Below are positions 1 through 15,400 of a stretch of DNA of 63,638 nucleotides, piece by piece; position 1 is the stretch's first letter, and the number at the start of each line of letters is the position of its first letter. The DNA is from an uncultured Methanosarcinales archaeon. Its GTDB lineage: Archaea; Nanobdellota; Nanobdellia; Woesearchaeales; JACPBV01. Under the pieces are notes generated by a model, which made no database searches, was not told where the DNA came from, and saw only the letters and a list, made by a program, of their open reading frames with translations. The translations under genes and the position numbers were made by a program. The DNA lies in the NCBI GenBank assembly GCA_964618315.1, contig CAZTWQ010000005.1:1-63638 (forward strand), read 5' to 3'.

Positions 1-455
1 GAAGCATGCAAAACATGAACTGGTCAAACAACGCAAACTTCTACAGAATGTTCTACTCAGCAACAGCATTTAATGGGAATGTGAGTAATTGGTATCTCGG
101 AGATGTCTCAACAGGAATGCAAGAAATGTTCCAATCAGCAACTGCATTCAACCAACCATTAACTAACTGGGATACATCAAAAGTAACAAGTATGAATGCT
201 ATGTTAAGAGGAACTTCTTTTGACCAAAATTTAGGAAATCTAAATGTTTCAGGGGTTACAGATTTTACCAACATGCTTTATCTTACACAAATATCAACAA
301 CCAATTATGACAATTTACTAACAGGTTGGGCAGCATTAGATACTCTGAGTTCATCAGAGGCATTTCATGCAGGAACTGCCACATATTGTTTAGGAGAAAG
401 TGCCAGAAATGACACATTAATTGATACATATAGTTGGACTATTACTGATGGAGGA
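1..455 (+). repeat. End of a DUF285/BspA-like surface-protein repeat tract (MFxxAxAFNxxxxxW units) with its capping motif
   Basis: MFYSATAFNGNVSNW, MFQSATAFNQPLTNWDTSKVTSM, then NYDNLLTGW...WTITDGG. Confidence 0.85.
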
Positions 456-3400
456 TATGATTGTACAGGAGTTGAAATTCCTGACACAACTTTCCCCCTA
501 ATTAATTTCACAAATCCAACTTTAGCAAATGGAAGTTCAACTACAAACACTTCAGTTGAGATTAATGTTTCAATTGTCGAGGCTAATTTGGATGAGGTTA
601 AGTATAATTGGAATGGAACTAACTTTACAATGTATAATGATAGTTTAGTTTTGATGATGAATTTTGATAATCGAAGTGCTTTGGGTGAGAATGATACACA
701 TGTTGTGGATATGAGTGGGAGTGGGAATAATGGGACATTTACAGGAGGGGTTTCTCTTGTATCTGGAAGATATGGAAGTGCTTATGATTTTGAAGGAACA
801 AGTGATATTCTAACTTTGGATTCTGGTATTTCTCTGGTAAATGATTTTACAATTTGTGCTTGGACAGAGTTTCCTTTGTCTGCTTCTGTTCATGGAGGTA
901 GAACTCTTACTCGAGGAAGTGATGAAGATCATCATATTTATGTTGATTCAAATGGGTATCTTGGAGTATATGATAATACTGGGGGAGATAACGTAGATTG
1001 TTCTCCAGTATTTGATACGGATTTTTATGATGGATGGTATCATCTTTGTGCGATTGGTACTGGAAGTCAAACGAATTTTTTTATTAATGGAAATAATAAA
1101 TGTAATTCTTCAGCGAAAACAGAAGGACAACTTCAATATATTGGAAATTTTCAATCAGGTTCTCAAGATTGGGGAGCAAACGTAGATGAATTTAGAATTT
1201 GGAATAGGTCATTATCCGTAGATGAAATATCCCAACAATATGCCTCAAACTTAAATAAGTTTAATCAAACACAATGGTATCTTTATGTTAATCAAAGTTT
1301 GAATGCTTCAACTGGATTAAGCGACGGGGATTATACTTATTTTGCTAGTGCTAAGGACGATGCGGGGAATGAGAATATTACCGAGACTCGGACTGTGACT
1401 GTTGCTAGTGCGGATGCGACGCTTCCATATTTCACAGACTCCACTCCAACTAATCAAACAATAGCGCAAGGTTCGGCTTTGAGTTATAATATAAATGCGA
1501 GTGACGAGACTGCTTTGGATTGTTTTGCTGTGAATGACACGACGAACTTTGCGATTAATTGTTCTGGTTGGTTGACTAATAATACTGTTTTAGGATTGGG
1601 ATTGTATAATTTGAATATTACTATAAATGATAGTTCTAATAATTTGAATAGTTCTTTGATGTGGGTTAATGTTACTGATCAGACTTTCCCACTTATAGAT
1701 TATGAATTACCTACTCGTGCAGATGGAAATGTGACTGGAGATACTTCGGTTGAGATTAATTTTAGTATTAATGAATTGAATTTGAATGAGGTAAAATATA
1801 ATTGGAATGGGACTAACTTTACTTTGTTTAATGATTCTCTTGTGCTGATGATGAACATGGATAATTTGAGCTCTTTGGGAGAGAACAATACTTATTTTTT
1901 AGATATTTCTACAAAGGACAAAAATGGGACAGGCACTGCATTTAATGGGGATGAGATAGTTGCTGGAAGGTATGGAAATGCTGTCAATCTTGACGGAAGT
2001 GATGATTATATAGCAGTTTCGGCAAGTACTGACTTTAATCTTGCTCGGGATTTTTCTATCTTGTTTTGGGCTAATATAAATTCTATAACTACTGCCAGAA
2101 TAGTAGGTTATTCAGGTTCAAATAACGGATTAGGATTAGGAAGTAATGCTGGATGGGGTAGTGGGGTAAGATTTAATTATTATGCTCAGTCTAGTGATTG
2201 GAATTCAAATGAATTAACTACTGTAGATACAGGTGAATGGCATTTCTATACAGTTACCAGGACAGGAACAACTGTAAATTATTATGTTGATGGTGAAGGA
2301 TATGGAACTTCAACAAGTACAAATGGATTTGGAGATTCTACATCCACATTTATGATAGGGAGAAGAGGTAATGGTGAGTTCTTTAATGGGAAAATAGATA
2401 ATCTGATTATAATGAATAGGTCTTTGGGTTATGATGCGATTCAGCAGCATTATATGAGCAATTTAAAAAAGATAAACCAGACAAATTGGGAGTTCTATAT
2501 AAATCAATCTTTGAACGCTACAGATAGTCTAGGTATAGGAACTTATACTTATCAAGCATATGCTTCAGATAGAGGGAGTAATTCTAATTCAACTGAAGAA
2601 AGGACAATAAATATAATCGCTCCAGATAATACTGCTCCAGCAATCAATTTTACAAGTCCGACTATTGCAAATGGGACTACACAACCTAATTCAGATATGT
2701 TGGTCAATATTTCTGCTACAGATGATAATCTTGTATCTATATTGTTCTTATTGTATAATGCGTCAAATGATGTTTTTGCTAATATTTCATCCAGTTCAAG
2801 TCCGCTTTATATGAATCTGAGCTTTAATCTATCTAATCCAAGTTTTGAATCAGGTAGTGTGGGGGCTTGTGCTGATTTCTGGATTTGTACAGGGGATGCA
2901 GAGATTGCAAGTAAAACAGATGGGCAAGGCTGTACTGCACCAAGCAATGGAGATGGAACTCAATACATGAAAGCTGGTTGCGATGATTCTAAAGGGGTGG
3001 CCAATTCTTCAAATTTTGTTCTGCCTAGTGGAATGGATCATATTGATTTCTTAAGGGCAGGTGGGGCTGGTTCTGGAAGTGGATTATATGTTTATGATGC
3101 ATTAGATAATTCATTGTTGTGTTCTGCAGAAGATGGAACAGATTCTGATAGTTTCTTTGCGAATTCTTGTACTGGTCTTTCTTCTCATGCAAACAAATTG
3201 GTCTATATAAGCATAGTCGATGCCCAATCAGGGGGATGGGGGAAGACATATGTTGATAATATCAGCCTTGAAGATAGTTCTGGAAATCTTTTAGGTTCTG
3301 TTTTATCTGATGGTGTTTATTATCTGAATGGTTCTGCAACAGATCTATTAGGAAATGTTAATTTTACTGAATTAAGAACTGTGACTATAGGTGATGTTGA

Positions 3401-6400
3401 TGGTGGAACTCCGCCACCAAGTATAAACTTCACATACCCAACACTTTCGAATGGAACTGTGCAGGAAGCAACATATGCGGAGATTAATATATCAATAACA
3501 AAGGCCACTAATGAAATAATGGAAGTTATCTATGATTGGAATGGTACGAATTATACCATGTATAATAGGAGTCTTGTGTTGATGTATAACTTTGATAATG
3601 TTAGTGCAATAGGTGATGCAGGAAATAAAACAGTGGATGTTAGTTTGGATCAGCAGGAGAATGGAACTTGTATGCAGACTGGTTATGGGATTGCTTGTAA
3701 TTATACTGCTGGAAGGTATGGTATGGCACTTACGTTTAATGGTACGCTTTATGTTAATGTTACTGGATTAAGTAATATGGGTGTTACACAGACTATGTGG
3801 GTTAAGAATAGTTCTGATGTTTTATGGCATTATGTAGCTAATGTTTCTGGTACGCAGTATATTGATGGTGTTGTTGGTAGTAATAGGGTTATTCCTATAG
3901 CTAATTCTTCTAAGAATGTATTGATAGGACAAGGTTATAGTGGGTTGATAGATGAAGTTAGGATATGGAACTATTCATTGTCTAAATTGGAGATTTATCA
4001 ACAGTATGTGTCGAACTTGAATAAGTTTAATATGACTAATTGGTATCTGTATGTTAATCAGTCTTTGAATGCTACTGATGTTTTAACAGTTGGGGATTAT
4101 ACTTATCAGGCATATGCTGGTGATAATGAAGATAATTGGAATTCTACTGGAGAGAGAGTATTGACAATAAATATACCTGATACAATCAAACCAACATATA
4201 CAAGCTTTGTTAATAATGGAACTGCTACTAAAGTAAATGGTGTTGTGAATTGGTCGATAACATTAATAGATGAAACGGCATTATCAGGCTATCTTTTTGC
4301 CCATAATAATTCAGGGACATTAACTAATGGTTCTTATACTTTACTAAGTGGATCAGAATTACCAGTTGATGAAACAGTTACAATAACTTTAACTCAAGGA
4401 AATTATATCTGCGGTCAGTATTGGTTTAATGATAGTTCTGGTAATGTTAATAGTACGTTGCTTACTGAATCTGGTGCTTGCTTTACTGTTAATAATAGTG
4501 CTCCAAGTACAACATCAATTATATATCCAGTAAATAGTGGAAGCTATATAGATATTCCTTACATAAATTATTCTTCTAGTGATGCTGATTCAGATAGTCT
4601 GACTTATAATATTTATATTAATGGAACATTGAACATTTCTGGAATAAGCAGTAATGTAACTGATTGGAATGCTAGTGATGGTTATTATAATTTGACTGTA
4701 AGTGCTAGTGATGGAATTGATTCAAGTGCTAATTCCAGTTCTGTGTTGTTCAGGCTGGATACAATAGAACCTTCATTTAGTGGGAATAAAGATAATGCTT
4801 CAGCTACTACTTATAATGGGACTGATGTACAGTTGAATCTTACTATAAGTGATAGTGATTTGGCTTTCTATAGGCTAACTACTAATGATACTTCAGATGG
4901 AACATGGGTTAATGAAAGTTTGATCAGTGGGTCTGTTGGGGCTATATTTAATTATTCTATACATAACCTTAGCTTAACTGGAGGGACATTAGGATGGAGA
5001 GTATGGGCTAATGATTCAGCTGGTAATGCTAATGTTTCATCTATATATACTTTGGTTGTTCAGGATAATACGCCCCCAGTAGTGCTTACACCGCCACCTG
5101 GAATAAACTTTACAACTCCAACACCTTCTGATGAGGCTGTGCAAGCAACAACAAATGTTGAAGTTAATGTTTCCATAATAAGAACAAATCTGACTATTGC
5201 TGAGGTTGTTTATGATTGGAATGGTACGAATTATACCATGTATAATAGAAGTCTTGTGTTGATGTATAACTTTGATAATGTTAGTGCAATAGGTGATGCA
5301 GGAAATAAAACAGTGGATGTTAGTTTGGATCAGCAGGAGAATGGAACTTGTATGCAGACTGGTTATGGGATTGCTTGTAATTATACTGCTGGAAGGTATG
5401 GTATGGCACTTACGTTTAATGGTACGCTTTATGTTAATGTTACTGGATTAAGTAATATGGGTGTTACACAGACTATGTGGGTTAAGAATAGTTCTGATGT
5501 TTTATGGCATTATGTAGCTAATGTTTCTGGTACGCAGTATATTGATGGTGTTGTTGGTAGTAATAGGGTTATTCCTATAGCTAATTCTTCTAAGAATGTA
5601 TTGATAGGACAAGGTTATAGTGGGTTGATAGATGAAGTTAGGATATGGAACTATTCATTGTCTAAATTGGAGATTTATCAACAGTATGTGTCGAACTTGA
5701 ATAAGTTTAATATGACTAATTGGTATCTGTATGTTAATCAGTCTTTGAATGCTACTGATGTTTTAACAGTTGGGGATTATACTTATCAGGCATATGCTGG
5801 TGATAATAGCAGCAACTGGAACAGTACTGAGGAGAGGTCTTTGACAATCAGTTCTGTATCTGATACTACTTCACCATATTATGATAACTTTGCGAATAAT
5901 GCATCTACAGTTACAAAGATAAATGGGGTTGTGAACTGGAGTATAGACTTATCTGATGGTGTTGGGTTGAATAGTTATTATTTTGCGCATAACCAGACTG
6001 GAACATTATCGAATCAGACACTAAATGGACTGACAGAAACATCTCAGTTTATTAATTACACATTGACAATAACTCTGACACAAGGCAATAATATATGCGG
6101 TCAGTATTGGTTCAATGATACAAGTGGTAATGCAAACCAAACAGGTCTAAGCTGTTTCACAGTGGCAAATACTGCACCTACTACACCAACTATAATATAT
6201 CCTGTAAATCTTAACAATTATACTGACATACCTTACATAAACTATTCAAGTTCAGATGCTGATTTAGATGCTATAACTTATAATGTGTATATCAACGGAA
6301 GTTTGAATATAACTACAACCACTAATGTAACAGATTGGAATGCTTCTGATGGATTTTATAATTTGAGTGTTACTGCTTCAGATGGAACTGATTCAAGTTC

Positions 6401-9400
6401 AAATAGTACAGTAGTACAGTTTACACTAGATACTACTGCCCCTGTGATATCAAACTTAAGAAATACTTCAACTACAAATCAAAGTTCATTCATAGAATGG
6501 TCTTGTAATGAAGCATGTAATTATACTATATTGTGGTATAATTCAACAGATTTAGTTGGAACGATAAATAATAATACATTTGCTACTTCACATAATCCTT
6601 TCTTAAGCTCATTAGTGAACTCAACAACATATATTGTGAACCTTACTGTTTATGATAATATGGGTAGTTCTACTGTCAATAATACGTTTAACTTTACTAC
6701 TGATAAAAATGAGATAATAGTTGATTCAATACCACCATATTATGATAACTTTGCGAATAATGGTTCTACACTGACAAAGATAAGTGGTGTTGTGAATTGG
6801 AGCATAGACTTATCTGATGGTGTTGGGTTGAATAGTTATTATTTTGCGCATAACCAGACTGGAACATTATCGAATCAGACCCTTAAATCGTTATCTGGAG
6901 AAAGTCAATCTGTAAATGAAACTTTGGCAATAACATTGACTCGTGGGAATTATATCTGTGGTCAGTTCTGGTTTGATGATGCAAATGGTAATGTTAATAG
7001 TACATTACTTACTGAATCTGGTGCTTGCTTTACTGTTGCAAATACTGCACCAATTACACCTACGATATATTATCCTGTAAGTGGTGGGAATTATAGTGAT
7101 ATTCCATATATTAACTATTCAAGTAGTGATGCTGATGGTGATTCATTAACTTATAATGTTTATATTAATGGAAGCTTGAATGTAAGTACTTCTGTGAATA
7201 TAACAGATTGGAATGCTTCAGATGGTTATTATAATTTGACAGTTAGTGCTTCAGATGGTATTGATAGTTCGGCTAATTCGAGCGTAGTAGAATTCAGGTT
7301 GGATACAATACAGCCTTCATTTAGTGGAAATAAAGATAATGCTTCATCTACAACCTATAATGGAACTGATGTGCAGTTGAATCTGACTATAAGTGATGAT
7401 GTTGGGTTGAGTAATTATAGGTTAACTACTAATGATACTTCAGATGGAGTATGGGTTAACCAAACTCTAAATTCAGTAAACGGAGCGACTTCAGTAACTG
7501 CTATCTTCAACTACTCAATACATAACTTCTCAATACTAGGTGGTACCCTTGGATGGAGAGTATGGGGTAATGATTCTGCTGGAAATGTAAACGAATCAGA
7601 AACTTACACCTTAACAGTTCAATCAAATGATAATATAAACCCTAATTCAAACATAACAATAAACAACACGCAACCAAAGATAAACGACATAGTAAATATT
7701 TCCCTAAACGTATCAGACAACATAGCATTAAGCTCCTGCTGGTTCTACAACAATATGTCTAAGCAAAACTCTTCAGCAATAAGCATTTCAGGAACATCAG
7801 ATCATGATACATGCTTTAATGTAACAACAATAAATGTTTCACAAGGCAAACAAGTATTATTCATAGGCTATGTCAATGACACCGGTGGAAACCTAAACTC
7901 TTCACAAACAACAATAACGGTTGCTAATACAGCCCCTATAACTCCTAGTGTGAGTTATCCAGTTAGTGGTGTAAATTATACTGATATTCCTTATATCAAT
8001 TATTCTTCAACAGATGCAGATAGTGATAGTCTGACTTATAATGTTTATATCAATGGAACATTAAATATATCTGGAATAAGCACAAATGTAACTGATTGGA
8101 ACGCTTCGGATGGTTATTATAATTTGACTGTATCTGTTTCTGATGGAAGTGATAGTTCTGCTAATTCTAGTGTAGTAGAGTTCAGGTTGGATACAATAGA
8201 ACCTTCATTTAGCTCTAACCAAACAAATGCTTCAGCTACTACTTATAATGGGACTGATGTGCAGTTGAACTTAACTATGAGTGATGGTGTTGGGTTGAGT
8301 TATTATAGGTTAACTACTAATGATACTTCTGATGGAAGTTGGGTTAACCAAACATTAACAACTGCAAACGGAGCAACTTCTGTAGGGGCTATCTTCAACT
8401 ACTCAATACATAATTTCTCAATAATAGGTGGGACATTAGGATGGAAGGTATGGGGTAATGATTCTGCAGGTAATGTAAACGAATCTCAGGTATTTACTTT
8501 AACAATTCAATCGAATGACAACACTAATCCACAATCAAACATAACAATTAACAACACTTCGCCAAAGATAAATGATGTAGTGAATATTTCAATGAATGTA
8601 TCTGATAATGGAGCTTTAGATTATTGCTGGTTCTACAACAATATGTCTAAGCAAAACTCTTCAATAATAAGCTTGTCTGGAACATCGGATCATAGCCTAT
8701 GCTACAACACAACAACAATAAACTTAACACAAGGTAAAAACATATTATTCATAGGCTATGTAAATGACACAACAGGAAACTTAAATTCTTCAAGAACTAC
8801 AATAACAGTAGCTAATACAGCACCGACAACGCCTACTGTTATTTATCCTGTTAGTGGTGGAAATTATACTGATATTCCTTATATTAATTATTCTTCGTCT
8901 GATGCAGATGGTGATAGTCTGACTTATAATGTTTATATTAATGGGAGTTTGAATGTAAGTAGTTCTGTGAATATAACTGATTGGAATGCTTCAGATGGTT
9001 ATTATAATCTGACTGTTTCTGCTTCTGATGGAATGGATAGTTCTGCTAATTCCAGTTCTGTGTTGTTTAAGCTGGATAGTACTGATCCAAGTGTGAATAT
9101 TATCTATCCATCTGATGATCTTAATGTTTCTTCTAATTCCATTGACTTTAATGCTACTGCGAGTGATGGTCTGGCTTCTTCGCTTACTTATTATTGGATT
9201 GTGAATGGAACATTGAACAGTACATCTGTTGATAGCAATAGTACGTTTAATGCAAGTGATGGATATTATAATTTAACATTGCTTGTGTCTGATGGACTAA
9301 ATAATGGGTCTGATACTGTGTTGTTTGCTTTGGATACTACTGCGCCTTTAGTATCAATCACAACCCCATTAGATGATACAATTGCTGGATGGAATGTGTT

Positions 9401-12400
9401 ATTGCAAGCTGAGATTACTGACCTTACTTCTGTTGTAAGTGCTAGTTATCAGATCAGGAATGGTACTTTGAGTGATGCTATAATCTATAATGGAAGTCTT
9501 GGGTTGTTGAGTGAGGATGTTTATAATGCTACGTTTGCTACTAATGAGACTTGGCCTTATAGTAATAGCTTGTTGAATAGTACTAATCTGACTTTGGTTG
9601 TGATTGCTAATGATACTCTTGGGAATGAGGCAAATGCTTCTACTTACTTTGTGCTTGATAATTCTAAGCCAGGAATCCAGTATGTTACGCCACTTGCTAC
9701 GGGTGAGTTTGTCAATGAGAACTTTAGTTTGAGTGTTTACTTGAGCAATCATAAGTTGAACTATAGTTTTGTGAATATTTCTTTAGATGGCGTTACTGCT
9801 TATTATAATTCTACTAGTTTAGATGTTGGTACTTATTATTGGACTGATCTTGTTAATGTTACTGGGTTAAGTGAAGGGAATTATAGCGTATCTGTGTATG
9901 CTAATGATACTCAGGGTAATAATAGAACTACATCAAGTTGGTTCTATGTTGATAAGACTGCTCCGAATGCTTCTCTTGCAGGTAGTGTTGGTGGGTGGGT
10001 TAATCCTACACCTGATAATGGTACGTTTACTAATGTTGTATTGCAGATATTTAATATGAGCTGTAATGAAACTATAAGTTCTATTAATGATGTTTGGATC
10101 AACTTGAGCAATGGAACTAAGTATAGTACTGAATCTGGGTCTTCTGGTGTGTATTATTGGTTTAGTGTTTCTTTGAATGAGGGTTCATACAATTATACTG
10201 GTTATTGTAATGATTCTGTTGGTAATCTGGGTAGTACTGAAACTAGGGGGTTGACTGTTGATACGACTTACCCAACATGGCAAGACAACAAGACAAACCT
10301 TACTTCATCAACACCATCTGGAAGCACAGTTTACTTTAATATCACCTTAAATAGCTCAAACCCAGATAAATACATCTTCAGCTGGTATAATGGCAGTGAT
10401 TGGGTAAATGATACTCCAACCAGCTATACAAACGGCCAAGAGATAGAAGTCTTGAAAAACATAAGCATAAGCTCAGGAGATATAAATTGGACAGGGTATT
10501 TCAACGATACTGCTGGTAATATGAATCAGACAGATGTTTGGAGCATAACAATCCTATCATCCTCAATCAGCCTGTCTATGATTTATCCAACTGCAAACAT
10601 CAATGTAACACAAAATGAATTCTTCAATGTGACTGCTCAGGTCTGCTGTTATGATAGTGATTGTGGTGAAATCAATACTACATTAAGCCTAAACGGCACT
10701 TTAAACTATACCAATACTACCGGCCTGATAACACAGGATTCTGATTTAGGCAATGATACTATTGCTGCAAGTGTTGAAAATGCACCTGATGAATCAAAAG
10801 AAGATGCATTTGACCAAAACACTGGTACAAAATGGCTTACATTGAATGAAAATACTGGATGGATAATCATAGAATTAGGAAATGGCGCACAAAGGATGTG
10901 GAAATATGAGATCTGCAGTGCTAATGACGCATCAACAAGAGATCCAGATAACTGGATTATTGAAGGTAGTATTGATAATTCCTCATGGGCGGTCCTAGAT
11001 ACAGTAATAAGCAATGGCCAGTTTGCAAGCAGAGAAACATGTTATACTTTCTATCCAGATTCTATAGGCAGCTACAAATATTATAAGATGAATGTAACTC
11101 AGAATAATGGCGCTGAGCATATGCAGATGTCTGAGATTAAATTTTACCAACAAAACAGCACCCGTGATCCTGTGATATCAGAGGATTCAGGAACTCCTTT
11201 CTATACAAATGTTACAAATCCGTATAATATGAGTTTATCTAAAGATGAGTGTTCAAACATCACATGGTTCTTAAATGCAACAGGAAGCACAGGTAGCAAG
11301 AATCCTATCTTTGCATATGCAAATAAGACTTCTAATATGAAAATATCAAATATTACCAGCAGTTTTAACATCACAATACTTGAATGTCTTGTAGATGGAG
11401 ATTGTTCAGGAGATAATAACTGTTTATCTGGAACATGTACAGCCCCTCCAGATATAATCTTCCCTAGCATAAGCTTTAGTTTACCGACACCTACAAATGC
11501 AACATCACAGGCAGAAAATAATGTAGAGATCAATATAACAATAAATGAAACTAACCTTGATACGATCAAATACAATTGGAACGGAACAAACTATACTATG
11601 TACAATGACTCTTTGGTACTATTGATGAATTTTGATAATATGAGTGAATTGGGAGAGAACAATACTTATGCAGTAGATATAAGCAGTTATGGAAATGATG
11701 CAGTTATAGATGGTCCAACCTGGAACTCAAGCGGAAAGTATGGTGGTACATTTGAATTTGATGGTGTTGATGATTTCATAAACATATCAGATGACTCAAG
11801 CCTCGATGTAACAAATGAATTGACTATAATGTTCTGGATAAAAGGAACAAATCCTGCTGATTATTCTGCAATACCTATTGCACATGGAACATATGGAGAT
11901 TCATTCTGGTTTGAATTATATAATTTAGATACAGGTATGCAATTTTATGTTAATATAGATGGTGTAGGGGCAAGAGGAAACAATAACAAATTCAATATAT
12001 CTTCTGATACATGGACACACGTTACAGGTACATTTGATGGACAATATATTAGAGTATATGTAAATGGAACATTATATGACAGTAAAGCTCAAGCTGGTTC
12101 AATAGCAGTAAGCAATACTCCATTATATATGGGATTAAGTGATGGAGACACTTGGGGGGGACATTATTTTAATGGGAGTTTAGATGAAGTGATGATATGG
12201 AACATAAGTTTATCAGATGATGAGATCTATTCTCATTATATCTCAAGCCTAAAGAAGGTTGGCACAGACAGCTGGGAGCTTTATGTCAATCAGAGCAAGA
12301 ATGCTACTGATGGTTTAAGTGATGGAGATTATACTTATCAGGCATTTGCTAAAGATGATGCTGGGAATTTAAATTATACTGAAACGAGGACTGTGATAAT

Positions 12401-15400
12401 AAATACAACAGATACTACATTGCCGACATATACAAATCTTGCTAATAATGGATCTACTGTAACTAGAGTTAATGGTGTTGTGAATTGGTCTGTGACTTTG
12501 GCGGATGATATTGGGTTGAGCAATTATTACTTTGCGCATAACCAAACAGGTACGCTTGAGAACCAGAGCCTTAAGATATTAAGCGAGGATTCTCAGTTTG
12601 TGAATGAGACTTTATCTATTACATTAACACAGGGGAATTATGTATGTGGACAGTATTGGTTCAATGATACTAGTAATAATGTTAATCAGACAGGGTTGAG
12701 CTGCTTTACTGTTGCTAATAGTGCTCCTGCTGTGCCTAGTGTGATTTATCCAGTAGATGGTAATAATTATACTGATATTCCATATATCAATTATTCTTCA
12801 TCTGATGCTGATGCTGATTCGTTGACTTATAATGTTTATATTAATGGTAGTTTGAATGTAAGTAGTTCTGTGAATATTACTTCATGGAATGCTTCTGATG
12901 GTTATTATAATCTGACTGTATCGGCTTCTGATGGGATTAATAGTTCTGCTAATTCCAGTTCTGTGTTGTTTAAGTTGGATAGTACTGCTCCAAGTGTGGA
13001 TGTTGTTTATCCATCTGATGGGCTTAATGTTTCATCTAATTCCATTGACTTTAATGCTACTGCAAGTGATGGTCTGGCTTCTTCGCTTACTTATTATTGG
13101 ATTGTGAATGGTACTTTGAACAGTACATCTGTTGATAGCAATAGTACGTTTAATGCTAGTGATGGATATTATAATTTGACCTTGTTTGTGTCTGATGGGC
13201 TTAATAATGGGTCTGATACTGTGATGTTTGCTTTGGATACTACTGCACCGTTAGTATCGATTGCAACTCCACTAGATGATACTATTGCTGGATGGAATGT
13301 GCTGCTGCAAGCAAGTATTAGTGATATGATTTCATTAGATGGTGTGACATTTGAGATTAGGAATGGTACTTTGAGTGATGCTATAATCTATAATGGAAGT
13401 CTTGGGTTGTTGAGTGAGGATGTTTATAATGCTACGTTTGCTACTAATGAGACTTGGCCTTATAGTAATAGCTTGTTGAATAGTACTAATCTGACTTTGG
13501 TTGTGATTGCTAATGATACTCTTGGGAATGAGGCAAATGCTTCTACTTACTTTGTGCTTGATAATTCTAAGCCAGGAATCCAGTATGTTACGCCACTTGC
13601 TACGGGTGAGTTTGTCAATGAGAACTTTAGTTTGAGTGTTTACTTGAGCAATCATAAGTTGAACTATAGTTTTGTGAATATTTCTTTAGATGGCGTTACT
13701 GCTTATTATAATTCTACTAGTTTAGATGTTGGTACTTATTATTGGACTGATCTTGTTAATGTTACTGGGTTAAGTGAAGGGAATTATACAATTAGTGTTT
13801 ATGCTAATGATACTCAAAGCAATAATAGGACTACTACTTCTTGGTTCTATGTTGATAAGACTGCTCCGAATGCTTCTCTTGCTGGTAGTGTTGGTGGTTG
13901 GGTTTCTCCTACACCTGATAATGGTACAATAACTAGCACAACTACACAAACATTTAATATGAGTTGTAATGAAACAATTAGTTCTATCAACTCTGTATGG
14001 ATTAATTTGAGTAATGGAACTTCATACAACACAGAAACAGGATCTTCAGGAGTATATTATTGGTTTAATCTTACCTTAAATGATGGTACATATAACTACA
14101 CAGGTTATTGTAATGACACTGCAGGAAATCTAGCCAGTACTGAAACTAGGATTTTAACCATCGATCTAACAGCCCCAAGATGGCAGGATGATAAAACTAA
14201 TTTAACCTCATTAACAACAAACGGAAGCATGGTCTACTTCAACATAACCCTTAATGAATCAAGACCAAACAAATATGTATTCAGCTGGTATAATACAAGT
14301 GTTTGGGTTAATGATAGTGCAACTTCTTATACTGATGGACAAGAAGTAAGCATAACTAAACAAGTAAATTCTTCTTCGGGAACCCTAAAATGGACCTGGT
14401 ACGTAAATGACACAGCAGGCAACCTAAACCAAACAGATATTTGGAGTGTTGCACTTGCTGGCACTGAATCTTTCATAGGTCTAGAATGGATTTATCCAAC
14501 ATCAAATATAAACGTAACTCAAAATAGGTTCTTCAACGTAACTGTGAATGTAAGCTGTTCTGGTGGCAATTGCGGTGAGGTAAATGTAACCCTAGATCCT
14601 ATTGCTTATACAGTATACAACTTCACAACCTGTGGGCAAACAGGGCAAACAGGTCCTAACCAAAGCCAGTGCAATGTTAATTATTCTGGAACAACCCTAG
14701 AAGGTCTTGTAAATGTAAGTGGTGGAATCCAAAACTGGACAGTTCCAACAACAGGAGATTACATAATTGAAACATCAGGAGCTGCAGGAGGTGGCAGTTT
14801 TGGAAACTCGGCTAATGGTGGATTAGGTACAAAAATTATTGGAACTTTTTCACTTACCAAAGGGGAGGTTCTTCAGATTGTTGTAGGTCAGAAAGGTGGC
14901 AGAGGAGGATATTCAGGTGCAGATGCTGGCATGACTAGTGGTGCTGGCGGTGGAGGCGGTGGAGGTACATTTGTATATACTCTAGATTATGGTGCTGGCG
15001 GAGAGTACCCATTAATTGTTGCTGGCGGTGGAGGCGGAGCTGAGGCTATTGTTGGACGTAATGCTTCAATAACTATAAATGGTACAGCTTCTGTTGGTGG
15101 AGACGTTGCTGGTGCTGGAGGAACAAACGGTACACACGGTTTGATTGGTGACCAGACTAATGGTAACTATCATGGTGGTCCAGGTGCAGGTTGGAAGTCA
15201 AGAAATACCTATAGAAAAACAACAGACCATGGAGAAGGAGGATATTCCTATGCTGGAAACTGGACAGGGGGAGACACAGGTGCGGACAATCCAGAAGCAA
15301 TTGGTGGATTTGGTGGTGGTGGTGGTGCTTCTGAACATAGTGGTGCAGCAGGTGGTGGTAGTGGATATTCTGGTGGAGGTGCTAGTCGTCAAGCAAGTAG

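Noticed and set aside
3531-13788. Near-identical repeat pairs as template/variable repeats of a diversity-generating retroelement
   Set aside because: No reverse transcriptase in the window, no adenine-specific mismatch pattern (zero or one mismatch per pair), and both copies are in-frame coding.
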